Assembly: GCA_020073005.1 (NCBI GenBank)
Contig: JAIQFX010000027.1
Coordinates: 120-64,119 of the forward strand
Length of the DNA: 64,000 nt
Origin: Terriglobia bacterium
GTDB taxonomy: Bacteria; Acidobacteriota; Vicinamibacteria; Vicinamibacterales; CAVVIG01
Direction: 5' to 3'
The notes under the pieces are model-generated. The model had not been told where the DNA came from. It searched no databases and was given only the letters and a program-made list of their open reading frames with translations. The translations under genes and the position numbers were made by a program. Of this stretch, positions 36,175-45,160 are shown piece by piece. The stretch's first letter is position 1. Every line of letters begins with the position of its first letter.

Positions 36175-38688
36175 TTACAGAGCGCGAACGGCGGCCTCGA
36201 CTTGTTGCGCGAGCGCCTCATAGTTGTCGCCCGTGAGCCGCATCGGCGCGCCGAACGCCACCCGCACGCGTCCCGGCCGCGCCATGTGCCAGCCGACACC
36301 GAGCACTTTTTGCAGCCCCTCCAGCCGCACCGGGATCACCGTCGCGCCGAGCCGCCCCGCAATCATGCCGATGCCGGGGCGAAACGTCTCGATCGCGCCC
36401 GTCTCCGATCGACGGCCTTCGGGAAAGATCAACACGGACGTGCCGTCGCCGAGCAGCTCGCCGATGTACCGCAGCGTCTGCCGCGCGCCCGCTTCGCGCT
36501 GCGGCAGCGGGAACGCGTTGAAGAAAAGGACGGCGAGGCTGTAGCTGATGCTGTTGGTCAGCCACGCGAGCCGGCCGTGCTGCGCCGGAAAGAAATGCGC
36601 GGCGAACATTTCCTTGCCCATCGCGGGCGCGAGACGGTAGCGCCAGCGCGCGGGCAGCGCGGCCATGATCACCGGGCCGTCCATGATGCTCTGGTGATTG
36701 GACGCGAAGATCACCGGGCCCTCGAGATCGCGCAGGTGCTCGAGACCGTCGACGCGCAGCCACGCGAACAGCCGCGCGATCGGCAGAATCCACGTCGGCA
36801 GGCTGACGCGGCGAATCGCGCGCGCGGGCCACGCCCGGCTCCACGTCGGAAAGCTGACCGGCTCCGCGGGCGCCGCGTCGCTCGCCGACGCGCGCGCCAC
36901 GAGCGTGCGCAGCTGGCCGAGGTCGCGCGCCTCCGAGAACGCGCGCTCGTCGATCCGCGTCTGGAACGTGTCTTCCATCGCCACCATCAGCTCGACGCGT
37001 TCGAGCGAGCTGAGGCCGAGCTCCTCGATCGTCGTCGTCGCAGAGATGTCCGGCCGGCCCGCGTACTTGGCGAGGAGCGCCGTCAGCGAGTCGCCGCCGG
37101 CCTTGACTATGCTCACAGGGCGCGGCGTCGCGCCGCCCGTCCTCGCCCAGTCGCGAATGACCGTGCGCTTCAGCTTGTCGGTCCCTTCCGTGCGGGGCAG
37201 CGCCGGCTCGGGCCAGACGAGCGCGCGGCGAATCTTCTGGTAGTCCTCCAGATGCGCGTTGGCCTCGCGGACGATCGCGTCAAGATCGGCGCCGGGCTCG
37301 AGCACGAGCACGGCGTGGACGCGCTCCTCTGATCCGATCGACACGCCGACGACGGCCGACTCGCGCACGCCGGCGACGTGGGCGAGGGCTTTCTCGACGT
37401 CCTCGGGAAAGACGTTCAGCCCTTCGGGCGTGACGATCATTTCCTTCTTGCGGCCGCGGATGTAGATCTGGCCGTCCGCGCCCATCTCGCCGATGTCGCC
37501 GGTGTGGAACCAGCCGTCCTCGAACGCGCGCGCCGTTTCCTCGGCGGCGTTGAAGTAGCCGCGCGTGACGTTCTCGCCGCGGACGAGGATCTCGCCGTCC
37601 GGCGCGATCTTGATCTCGACGCCGGCGATCGCCTTGCCGACCGAGCCTTTCTTCATCGCGAACGGGTGATTCAGGGTGACGATCGGCGCGGTTTCCGTCA
37701 GGCCGTAGCCCTGGATCACGGCGAAGCCGAGCTCGGACCAGAAGGCTTCGAGCTCGGCGTCGAGCGGCGCCGCGCCGACGATGCACGCCCAGAACTTGAG
37801 ACCGAACGCGCGATGCACGCGGCGATAGCGCCACCAGCGCCGTGTGAAATGCTGTGTCGGTCCGGGCGTTTTCGTTTCAGGCGCGAGACGCCAGACGTGA
37901 TCGCGCAGCACGTCGAGAATCTTCGGCACCGAGACGAGCACCGAGATCCGCCGCAGCTTGATCTGCTCGACGATCTCCGTCGGGTTGTAGCCGCGCATGA
38001 AGACGACGGTGCCCGTGAGCATCGGCGGGATGAAGGTGGCCATGGCCTGGCCGAACATGTGGCTGAGCGGGAGGAGGTTCAGGAACCTCAATGGATAGAA
38101 TGGTTTGCCCCACTTCCTGTACTTCAGGATCTCGCGCTCGACGGGCACGATGTTCGCCAGCACGTTGCGATGCGTGATGACGACGCCCTTGGGTTCCGCC
38201 GTGGCGCCTGACGTGAAGATGATCTCGACGATATCGTCGCGCGCGATCGCGATCCGCTGATCGGGCGCGGTCGGTCCCGGCGACGTGTCGTGCCAGTCGA
38301 TCGCGTTCAGCTTCCAGACGGGCGCGGTGATCGAAGTCGGCGGCGGCGCAACGTCCTGACCGATCAGGATGCCCTTCGCGTCGACGATGCGCGCGACGCG
38401 CGCCAGAAAATCCGGCGACGCGCGGTAATCGATCGGAACGACGACGACGCCGCGCAACAGACAGCCCCAGAACGCGACGATCCATTCCGGACGATTTTCC
38501 GACCAGAAGACAATCTTGTCGCCTTTCCGGATTCCTTGCAGATCGAGGCGCGCGGCGAATCCGTGCGCGGCGCGGCCGACCTCGGCGTACGTGTACGTCC
38601 GGCTCCGGAACCCGTCGTCGTACACGAGGAAGTCACCGCGCGCGGCGGCGAGATCGCCGAAAAAGTCAATGAGCGTGTCACGGACCAC
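36175..38688 (-). CDS. tri-domain fusion: AMP-dependent acyl ligase + acyl carrier (PP-binding) + PlsC-type lysophospholipid acyltransferase
   Basis: 'IIFTSGATAEPKGV', 'QGYGLTE', 'HTGDIG', 'GRKKEM', 'EELGLSSLERVEL', 'FASNHQSIMDG' (HX4D) and 'IFPEGRRS'. GTG 38688 was chosen. Confidence 0.8.
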   Translation of the reverse strand: MVRDTLIDFFGDLAAARGDFLVYDDGFRSRTYTYAEVGRAAHGFAARLDLQGIRKGDKIVFWSENRPEWIVAFWGCLLRGVVVVPIDYRASPDFLARVARIVDAKGILIGQDVAPPPTSITAPVWKLNAIDWHDTSPGPTAPDQRIAIARDDIVEIIFTSGATAEPKGVVITHRNVLANIVPVEREILKYRKWGKPFYPLRFLNLLPLSHMFGQAMATFIPPMLTGTVVFMRGYNPTEIVEQIKLRRISVLVSVPKILDVLRDHVWRLAPETKTPGPTQHFTRRWWRYRRVHRAFGLKFWACIVGAAPLDAELEAFWSELGFAVIQGYGLTETAPIVTLNHPFAMKKGSVGKAIAGVEIKIAPDGEILVRGENVTRGYFNAAEETARAFEDGWFHTGDIGEMGADGQIYIRGRKKEMIVTPEGLNVFPEDVEKALAHVAGVRESAVVGVSIGSEERVHAVLVLEPGADLDAIVREANAHLEDYQKIRRALVWPEPALPRTEGTDKLKRTVIRDWARTGGATPRPVSIVKAGGDSLTALLAKYAGRPDISATTTIEELGLSSLERVELMVAMEDTFQTRIDERAFSEARDLGQLRTLVARASASDAAPAEPVSFPTWSRAWPARAIRRVSLPTWILPIARLFAWLRVDGLEHLRDLEGPVIFASNHQSIMDGPVIMAALPARWRYRLAPAMGKEMFAAHFFPAQHGRLAWLTNSISYSLAVLFFNAFPLPQREAGARQTLRYIGELLGDGTSVLIFPEGRRSETGAIETFRPGIGMIAGRLGATVIPVRLEGLQKVLGVGWHMARPGRVRVAFGAPMRLTGDNYEALAQQVEAAVRAL

Positions 38689-38712
38689 GAGTGAACTATG
38701 ATATACGGCCCG

Positions 38713-39636
38713 ATGCGGATCTTCCTGACAGGCGCCACCGGTTACATCGGTTCGGCCGTGCTCGACGCGCTCGTGCGCGGCGGCCACGATGTGACGGCCC
38801 TCGTGCGCGACAACGAGAAGGCGCGGCGCGTCGCGAAACGCGGCGCGCATCCGGTGATCGGCAATCTGGCCGAGCCCGACTCGTTTCGCGGCAGCGCCGA
38901 CGGGCAGGACGGCTACGTGCTCACCGCGTTCGACTCGACGTCGGGCCGCGGACCGGCGATCGATCGCGCGGTGCTCGAGACGATTCTCGCGGCGGCGAAG
39001 CGCCCGCGCACGGCGGGCTCCGCGGCGCCGGCGCAGCGCTTCATTATCTATACGTCCGGCGTCTGGGTGCTCGGCCGGACTCCGGATCCGGCGGCGGAAG
39101 ACGCGTCGCTGAATCCGATCGACCTCGTCTCGTGGCGTCCGGATCACGAGCAGTTCGTGGTGGACTCCGCCAACGCCGCGCTGCGGACGGTCGTCGTGCG
39201 GCCGGGCGTCGTGTACGGCAGCAGCAACGGCATCGTCGGCGACCTGTTCAAGTCAGCCAGCAACGGCCTCGTCCGGGTCGTCGGCGACGGCAACAACCAC
39301 TGGCCGCTCGTGTACGACCGCGACCTCGCCGATCTCTATGCGAAGCTCGCCGCCAGCGCCGATGCCGGCGGCGTGTTCCACGCCAATGACGAAGGCGACG
39401 AGCGCGTCAACGACATCGTCGACGCCATCAAGCCGTACCTGCCCGTGCGCCCCGACGTGCGCCACGTCCCCATCGACGAGGCGCGCAGCAAGATGGGCGC
39501 GTACGCCGACGCCCTCGCGCTGGATCAGCTGGTCCGCAGCCCGCGCGCCCGCGCGCTGGGCTGGACGCCGACGCTGAAGTCAGTCGCCGGGAACGCCGCT
39601 CGGCTGCTGGAAGAATGGCGCGCCGAGCGGAACTGA
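38713..39636 (+). CDS. NAD-dependent epimerase/dehydratase (atypical SDR) family protein
   Basis: 'MRIFLTGATGYIGS' Rossmann motif. Confidence 0.7.
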   Translation: MRIFLTGATGYIGSAVLDALVRGGHDVTALVRDNEKARRVAKRGAHPVIGNLAEPDSFRGSADGQDGYVLTAFDSTSGRGPAIDRAVLETILAAAKRPRTAGSAAPAQRFIIYTSGVWVLGRTPDPAAEDASLNPIDLVSWRPDHEQFVVDSANAALRTVVVRPGVVYGSSNGIVGDLFKSASNGLVRVVGDGNNHWPLVYDRDLADLYAKLAASADAGGVFHANDEGDERVNDIVDAIKPYLPVRPDVRHVPIDEARSKMGAYADALALDQLVRSPRARALGWTPTLKSVAGNAARLLEEWRAERN

Positions 39637-39675
39637 AAACCGAAAAGTGAAAACTGAAAAGTGAAGGAGGAAGTG
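39634..39675. repeat. GAAAAST heptamer array
   Basis: tgaaaaccgaaaagtgaaaactgaaaagtgaaggaggaagtg. It begins with TGA 39634-39636 and ends as the SD of the next ORF. Confidence 0.75.
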
Positions 39676-40172
39676 ATGAAGTTGCGTCTCGCCCTCGCGG
39701 CCGTGGCATTGGCCGGGCTGGGTGTATCGCCGCGCCCGCGCCGAACGACATGAAGCTCCCGGCCGACGAGGAGGGCGCGAAGGCGCGCCTGGGCTCGTCG
39801 CCGCGGCACAGTGAATGGGTGAAGGTCAACGCGGTCTCGCAGCCCGGATTGAGTGCGGCCGTCGTGTACTACGGCACGGCGCCGAACGCACCGGGCGGCG
39901 CGCAGGGCTCGTTCACGCCGGCCGACACGCTCGCGCAGATCAAGGCGCCGGTGCTCGGGCTGTACGGCGGCGCGGACGCGCGCATCGGCGCGACGATTCC
40001 GGCGATGGACGCGAAGATGAAAGCGCTCGGGAAGCCGTACGAGCCGCACACGTTCGAGAACGCGGGCCACGGATTTCTCCGCGCGCAGACGGGCCAGAAC
40101 GGCGCGAACATGAAGGCCAGCGAGCAGGCGTGGCCGATGACGATCGCGTTCCTCAAGAAGCACACCAGCTAG
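39676..40172 (+). pseudogene. dienelactone hydrolase family remnant (frameshifted signal peptide, internal deletion of the nucleophile region)
   Basis: Signal peptide 'MKLRLALAAVALAGLGVS' (ATG 39676) stops at 39748-39750. A different frame continues 'AAPAPNDMKLPADEEGAKARLGSSPRHSEWVKV' and jumps straight to the C-terminal 'VYYGTAP...APVLGLYGGADARI...GHGF'. Confidence 0.5.
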
Positions 40173-40399
40173 TCCCCGAATGTCTCGACGTCTTCTTCTT
40201 CCGCTCCGGGGAGCAGATCGAAGAAGGCGTCGAGACTTCGATCGAGCGACCGCCGCAGCTGCGGGATCGTCCCGTCGAACGTGTGCAGCGTCAGCCCCGC
40301 GGTCGATCCATCAGCGAGCTTGAGCGTTCCTTCCTCGACGCCGCGCAGCGTGCCCTCCGGAATCAATCGCACTCCGTAAACCATCGTGTATCGCGCCAT
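40169..40399 (-). CDS. hypothetical small protein
   Basis: 76-aa ORF directly downstream of cca. No recognisable motif. Confidence 0.35.
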   Translation of the reverse strand: MARYTMVYGVRLIPEGTLRGVEEGTLKLADGSTAGLTLHTFDGTIPQLRRSLDRSLDAFFDLLPGAEEEDVETFGD

Positions 40400-40405
40400 A
40401 TCTCA

Positions 40406-41776
40406 TTAGACCATGCGTGTGGCCTGCTCGATGGCCTCGTCCAGGTTCGTCACTCGTCCATCCAACTGCAGTTCGTAAACCGCTTTCACGATCTCGCCGA
40501 CGCGCGGACCGGGCTTCAGGCCGAGCGCGAGGACGTGGCGGCCGAGGAGTAACGGCGCGGGCGGACCTTTATCCGCGCCGATCGAGCGCGCACGGTCGAG
40601 AAACCAGTCCATCGCGTCGCAGTTGAAACGACCGGGCTCGCGTCCGAGGCAGTCTGATTTCGCGAGGCGCGCGAGCAGCTCGAGATCGACTTTGGCGGCC
40701 AGCCGCCTGAACGCGCCGTCGCCGACCTCATCCCTCACCTTGAACCACATGCCCGGCTTCAGGTGCTGCGCCGTGAAGCCGAGCACCTGCTTGCGCACGT
40801 CGTAGCCGTCGATCGTGTGGACGTTGAGCCGGTCGAGCAGCAGCGTCGCCGGCGCGACGCCTTGCTCCTCGTGATCGATCGACCGGATCCGTCCGTCGCT
40901 GAACGCCGTCGTCGCCGGCTTGCCGAGGTCGTGACAGACGGCGCCGAGCATGATCGCGATCTGCTGCGGCCGCGGCAGATCGTCGATGCGCGTGCGCGCC
41001 TGATCGATCACCTGGAGCGTGTGCCCCCAGACGTCGCCCTCGGGATGCCACTCCGGCTCCTGCGGGCAGCCCGAGAGCGCCTGCAGCTCGGGCCAGAGTT
41101 TCGCGACGATCCGCAGATCCATCGCGAGCGCGAAGCCGATCGACGGCCGGCGCGCGAACAGCAGCTTTTCGACTTCGCCCCAGATGCGCTCGGCCGGCAG
41201 ATCGTCGAGCGCGATGCCGCGGCAGAGTGTTCGCGTGGGCTCGTCGAGGTCGAATTCGAGGCGCGCGGCGAACTGCACGGCGCGGAGCACGCGCAGGCTG
41301 TCGTCGGGGAACGTCGCCGGATCGACGGCGCGGAGCAACCGGCGCTCGATGTCGGCGCGGCCGCCGAATGGATCGAAGTACTCGTCGGCGAGTGGATCCC
41401 ACGAGATCGCGTTGACCGTGAAGTCGCGGCGCCGCGCGGCGTCCTCGATCGACATGTCCGGATCGCCGACGACGACGAAGCCGCGGTGGCCGCGTCCGGC
41501 CTTCGAATCGCGGCGCGGCAGCGAGACGTCGAGGTCGCCGAGCTTGTAGACCTGAAAGCTTTCGCCGACGGCTTCGACCTTGCCCTGCGCGTCGAGCAGC
41601 GCGCGCAGCCGGTCGGGCGCCACGCCGAAGACCTCGAGGTCGATGTTCTTGGCGACGTCGTCCGATGAAGGGCGGATCAGCCGGTCGCGTACCCAACCGC
41701 CGACGATGAGCGCGCGGCCGCCCGCGTCGCGGACGGCGGTGGCGATGGCGCGCGCGTGTTCGAGCGGTGCTGTCAT
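40406..41776 (-). CDS. cca: CCA-adding tRNA nucleotidyltransferase with HD domain
   Basis: 'LIVGGWVRDRL', 'DLEVFG', 'RDFTVNA' and HD 'VCHDLGK'. Confidence 0.8.
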   Translation of the reverse strand: MTAPLEHARAIATAVRDAGGRALIVGGWVRDRLIRPSSDDVAKNIDLEVFGVAPDRLRALLDAQGKVEAVGESFQVYKLGDLDVSLPRRDSKAGRGHRGFVVVGDPDMSIEDAARRRDFTVNAISWDPLADEYFDPFGGRADIERRLLRAVDPATFPDDSLRVLRAVQFAARLEFDLDEPTRTLCRGIALDDLPAERIWGEVEKLLFARRPSIGFALAMDLRIVAKLWPELQALSGCPQEPEWHPEGDVWGHTLQVIDQARTRIDDLPRPQQIAIMLGAVCHDLGKPATTAFSDGRIRSIDHEEQGVAPATLLLDRLNVHTIDGYDVRKQVLGFTAQHLKPGMWFKVRDEVGDGAFRRLAAKVDLELLARLAKSDCLGREPGRFNCDAMDWFLDRARSIGADKGPPAPLLLGRHVLALGLKPGPRVGEIVKAVYELQLDGRVTNLDEAIEQATRMV

Positions 41777-41783
41777 TGTGTGT

Positions 41784-41807
41784 GGCGCGAGCCTTTCAGG
41801 CGAGCGG
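41784..41807. repeat. GGCGAGCCTTTCAGGCGAGC unit
   Basis: ggcgcgagcctttcaggcgagcgg overlaps the SDR stop. The reverse-complement copy is at 20957-20977. Confidence 0.55.
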
Positions 41808-42596
41808 TCCGACTGGCTTTCGCCCGAATCGTTTGACGATCCGGTCGCAGAAGCCGGGCGCGATCGCGTTGACGACCGCGAGCGCTTTCGACCGCGGATA
41901 GGGATACACCTCCGGCACCGGACGATCGATGGCGCGCGCGATGGCGTCGGCGACGATCGTCGCGTCCTGGCGCGGACCGTAGGCGCGCGTGATCTCGAGG
42001 CCGGTCTGCTTCGACATGACGTCGAAGAACTCGGTCTCGGTGGAGACGGGATAGACGACCGTGACGTGGATGTCCGAGCCGGAGACCTCGGCGCGCAGGC
42101 ACTCGGCGAGACCGACCTGCGCGAACTTCGTCGCGGAATACGCGCCCATGTACGGCACGCCGCGCTTGCCGACGATCGACGACACCATGATGACGTGACC
42201 GCGGCCCTGCTTCCGGAAGACCGGCATCGCCGCGCGCGCGGCGTAGAAGGTGCCCATGTAGTTGACGTCCATCAGCCGCCGCATCTGGTCCGATGTGATG
42301 TCGTCGATCGCGCCGGCGACGCCGAAGCCCGCGTTGCACAACATGACGTCGAGCCGCCCGAAGCGCTCGACGGCCTTCGCGACCAGCTGCGTCATGTCGG
42401 CCTCGCGCGTGACGTCGGCGACGATCGGCAGCGCCTGACCGCCGGCGGCGGCGATCTCCCCGGCCACGGCGCGCAGCGCCGCCTCGCGCCGCGCGCAGAT
42501 CACGACGCGCGCGCCGTCGCGCGCCACGCGCACGGCGGTGGCGCGGCCGATGCCGGCCGACGCGCCGGTGATCGCCACAACGCGGTTGGGGTTCAT
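41796..42596 (-). CDS. short-chain dehydrogenase/reductase
   Basis: 'VVAITGASAGIG', 'NAG' and 'YSATK'. ATG 42596 was chosen because upstream ORF codons are translated array. Confidence 0.85.
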   Translation of the reverse strand: MNPNRVVAITGASAGIGRATAVRVARDGARVVICARREAALRAVAGEIAAAGGQALPIVADVTREADMTQLVAKAVERFGRLDVMLCNAGFGVAGAIDDITSDQMRRLMDVNYMGTFYAARAAMPVFRKQGRGHVIMVSSIVGKRGVPYMGAYSATKFAQVGLAECLRAEVSGSDIHVTVVYPVSTETEFFDVMSKQTGLEITRAYGPRQDATIVADAIARAIDRPVPEVYPYPRSKALAVVNAIAPGFCDRIVKRFGRKPVGPLA

Positions 42597-42623
42597 GTGC
42601 TGGCAGGATAGCATTGTCACGCT

Positions 42624-42694
42624 GGGTGGCTGGTGACTGGTGGCTGGTGACTGACGAGAAACGCTCAACGACCAATGACCAACGACTGACGACC
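42624..42694. repeat. two different heptamer arrays (GGTGRCT x4 and CAAYGAC x4) in a divergent intergenic region
   Basis: gggtggctggtgactggtggctggtgactgac and ctcaacgaccaatgaccaacgactgacgacc. They are not complementary to each other. Confidence 0.8.
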
Positions 42695-43840
42695 ATGGAT
42701 TCCTGCATCGCGCTTCTCCGCGATCTCGTCGCGATCAACTCGGTCAATCCCACGCTCGTGCCGGGCGCGCCGGGCGAGCGCGCGGTCGCCGAGTTCATCG
42801 CGGCCGACATGCGCACGCACGGTCTCGACGTTTCGATCGAGCCCGTCGTGCCGGATCGACCGAACGTCGTCGGCGTCCTCGAGGGGCGCGCGCCGGGGCG
42901 GACGCTGATGTTCTGCGGCCACACCGACACCGTCGGCGTCGCGGGCATGACCGATCCGTTCGCGCCGGTCGAACGTGACGGCCGTCTGTACGCGCGCGGC
43001 GCGCAGGACATGAAGGGCGGCGTCGCCGCGATGATGAGCGCGGCCGCGGAGATCGCGGCGCGCGGCGGCCTCGCGAAAGGCCGATTGATCGTCGCGGCCG
43101 TTGTCGATGAAGAGCACTCGAGCATCGGCGCGGACGCGCTCGTCACGAAGTGGCGCGCCGACGCGGCAATCGTGACGGAGCCGACCGACCTCGCGATCGC
43201 GGTCGGACACAAGGGTTTCGCGTGGGTGCGCGTCGATGTCGAAGGCAAGGCCGCGCACGGCAGTCGTCCGGCGGAAGGGCAGGACGCGATTCTGCGGCTC
43301 GGCCGCGTCCTCGCGCGGCTCGAGGCGCTGGACGCGACGCTGCAGGCGCAGCCGCCGCACGCGCTGATGGGCACCGGATCGCTGCACGCGTCGCTCATCG
43401 AAGGCGGACACGAGCTGAGCAGCTATCCCGATCATGCGACGCTGCAGATGGAGCGGCGGACGCTGCCCGGCGAGCCCGAATCGAAAGCGCTGGCGGAAGT
43501 GCAGCAGATTCTCGACGCGCTCGCGCGCGAGGATCCGACGTTCCGCGGCACGGCGACGGCGAGGTTCAGCCGGCCGGCGTACGAAGTCCCCGCGAATCAT
43601 GAGCTGCCGCGCGCGCTGACAGCCGCGCTGGCGCGCGCCGGAGGCCAGCCGCGCATCGCGGGCGCGAGTTTCTGGACCGACGCCGCAGTCCTCGGCCACG
43701 CCGGGATTCCCTCGATCCTCTTTGGACCGGGTGGGGCTGGACTTCACTCGACGGTCGAATACGTCAACGTGCGGGATGTGTTGACGTGTCGAGACGCGTT
43801 GATCGAGTTGGCAAAGAACTACTGCGGGTCAATTGGGTAG
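42695..43840 (+). CDS. M20 family metallopeptidase (ArgE/DapE-type deacylase)
   Basis: 'FCGHTDTV', 'ARGAQDMKGG' and 'VVDEEHSS'. Confidence 0.8.
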   Translation: MDSCIALLRDLVAINSVNPTLVPGAPGERAVAEFIAADMRTHGLDVSIEPVVPDRPNVVGVLEGRAPGRTLMFCGHTDTVGVAGMTDPFAPVERDGRLYARGAQDMKGGVAAMMSAAAEIAARGGLAKGRLIVAAVVDEEHSSIGADALVTKWRADAAIVTEPTDLAIAVGHKGFAWVRVDVEGKAAHGSRPAEGQDAILRLGRVLARLEALDATLQAQPPHALMGTGSLHASLIEGGHELSSYPDHATLQMERRTLPGEPESKALAEVQQILDALAREDPTFRGTATARFSRPAYEVPANHELPRALTAALARAGGQPRIAGASFWTDAAVLGHAGIPSILFGPGGAGLHSTVEYVNVRDVLTCRDALIELAKNYCGSIG

Positions 43841-44229
43841 TTGAGTAATTGGGTAGGTGGGTAATTGCCGTGACGTTGCCAGTATCGGATTGAACGCACT
43901 CGGATTCAGCGCGTTCGTTCGGGGACACCGTCGTTGTCGTGGAGAGACACCAGTGATGTGGCTTCCGAGTCGATCACAATAGGCGCTGATATGGATTGCC
44001 CTCGTCGGCGGGTGCGCGCTTGCTGCCGTCTCAATCAGCTACAGCGATCAAACGGCAACTGCTGAAGGCGGCAACATCAGTGTTGTGACCGAGGAGGCCG
44101 ACGAGTGTCAGTACTGGCTGAACCTCGTTGCGGATGCAAAACTGGCGACGAGTCCTGAGCGGAGCGGCGATGATTGCGGCGGGAAGCGATTACCCAATTA
44201 CCCAACCTTACTCAATTCCCCGATTCACC
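43831..44229. mobile_element. candidate palindromic element: inverted GGGTAATT arrays bracketing a decayed four-helix-bundle gene
   Basis: Arms are 43831-43867 (aattgggtagttgagtaattgggtaggtgggtaattg) and 44188-44229 (gattacccaattacccaaccttactcaattccccgattcacc). The interior looks lower in GC and has only broken ORFs. Confidence 0.45.
43983..44186 (+). pseudogene. degenerate four-helix-bundle (TIGR02436-like) gene fragment
   Basis: The frame reads '...AAVSISYSDQTATAEGGN...EEADECQYWLNLVADAKL', reminiscent of the 'AAxSIxxNIAEG' and 'KEAxETxYWLxLL' motifs. There is no plausible full-length ORF. Confidence 0.35.
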
Positions 44230-45160
44230 GTTCTCCGAAGATCCCTTTCATGACGAACGTGACGTTCGCCGGCCGCTCGCCGAGCCGCCGCATGAAGTAG
44301 GGGAACCATTCGCGGCCGAACGGGATGTAGACGCGGACGCGGTAGCCTTCCTTCACCAGCTTCGCCTGCAGATCGCGGCGGATGCCGTAGAGCATCTGGA
44401 ACTCGAACGTGTCGCGCGCGACGCCGCGCTCGCGCGCGATCTTGCACGCGAGATCGATCATCGCGGGATCGTGCGTCGCGATCGCGGGATCGTGTCCTTC
44501 GGTCAGCAGCGTCGCCAGCATGCGCGCGTACGCCGCGTCGACGTCGGCCTTGTGTTGATAGGCGATCGCCTTCGGCTCCTTGTACGCGCCCTTGACGAGC
44601 CGCACGCCCGCGCCGAGCGCGTTCAGGCGCGCCAGGTCCTGCTCGCTGCGATGGAGCGCCGACTGCAGCACGACGCCAATCCGCCGGTGGCCGTGGCGCC
44701 AGAGCGTTTCGAAAATCTCGAGCGTCACGTCGGTGTAGGGCGAGTTCTCCATGTCCACGCGGACGAAGAACCCCGCGGGCTCGCTGCGCGCCAGAATCTT
44801 CCGCAGGTTGTCGACCGTGATCGCCTTGTCCACGTCGAGGCCGAGCTGCGTGAGCTTCAGCGACAGGCCGCGGCCGATGCCGGCGGCGCCGATCGCGTCG
44901 ATGACCTCGAGGTAGTCGCGCGTGGCGGCCTCGGCCTTCGCGAGGTCCGTCACGCTCTCGCCGAGCATGTCGAGCGTGTGCGTCATGTGGCGCGCTTCGA
45001 CCGCGCGCGCCGCGTCGATGGCCTCGGCGACGCTCTCGCCCGCGATGAACCGCCGCGCGAAGCTCGACGGCCGCCGCATGCCGTACCGTGACGCCAGTTT
45101 CTTGAGGGTTCCGCTTCGGGCGAGGACGTGAAAGAACGCCTTCGACGCGCTGTCCAGCAT
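44225..45160 (-). CDS. proline dehydrogenase
   Basis: '[11 protein letters not shown]', 'HTLDMLGE', 'RLVKGAY' and 'ATHD', with PutA-like PRODH length (311 aa). Confidence 0.8.
   Translation of the reverse strand: MLDSASKAFFHVLARSGTLKKLASRYGMRRPSSFARRFIAGESVAEAIDAARAVEARHMTHTLDMLGESVTDLAKAEAATRDYLEVIDAIGAAGIGRGLSLKLTQLGLDVDKAITVDNLRKILARSEPAGFFVRVDMENSPYTDVTLEIFETLWRHGHRRIGVVLQSALHRSEQDLARLNALGAGVRLVKGAYKEPKAIAYQHKADVDAAYARMLATLLTEGHDPAIATHDPAMIDLACKIARERGVARDTFEFQMLYGIRRDLQAKLVKEGYRVRVYIPFGREWFPYFMRRLGERPANVTFVMKGIFGER

Noticed and set aside
41773-43398. 541-aa minus-strand ORF spanning the SDR gene, the repeat-filled intergenic region and the M20 peptidase gene
   Set aside because: It crosses two independently supported genes on different strands and a heptamer array. 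Its composition is Ser/Ala/Arg-rich without motifs.
44085-44300. 71-aa ORF as a functional gene
   Set aside because: Only its first roughly 20 residues resemble a four-helix-bundle helix. The remainder is translated repeat arm and antisense of the proline dehydrogenase 3' end. It is treated as part of a decayed gene.
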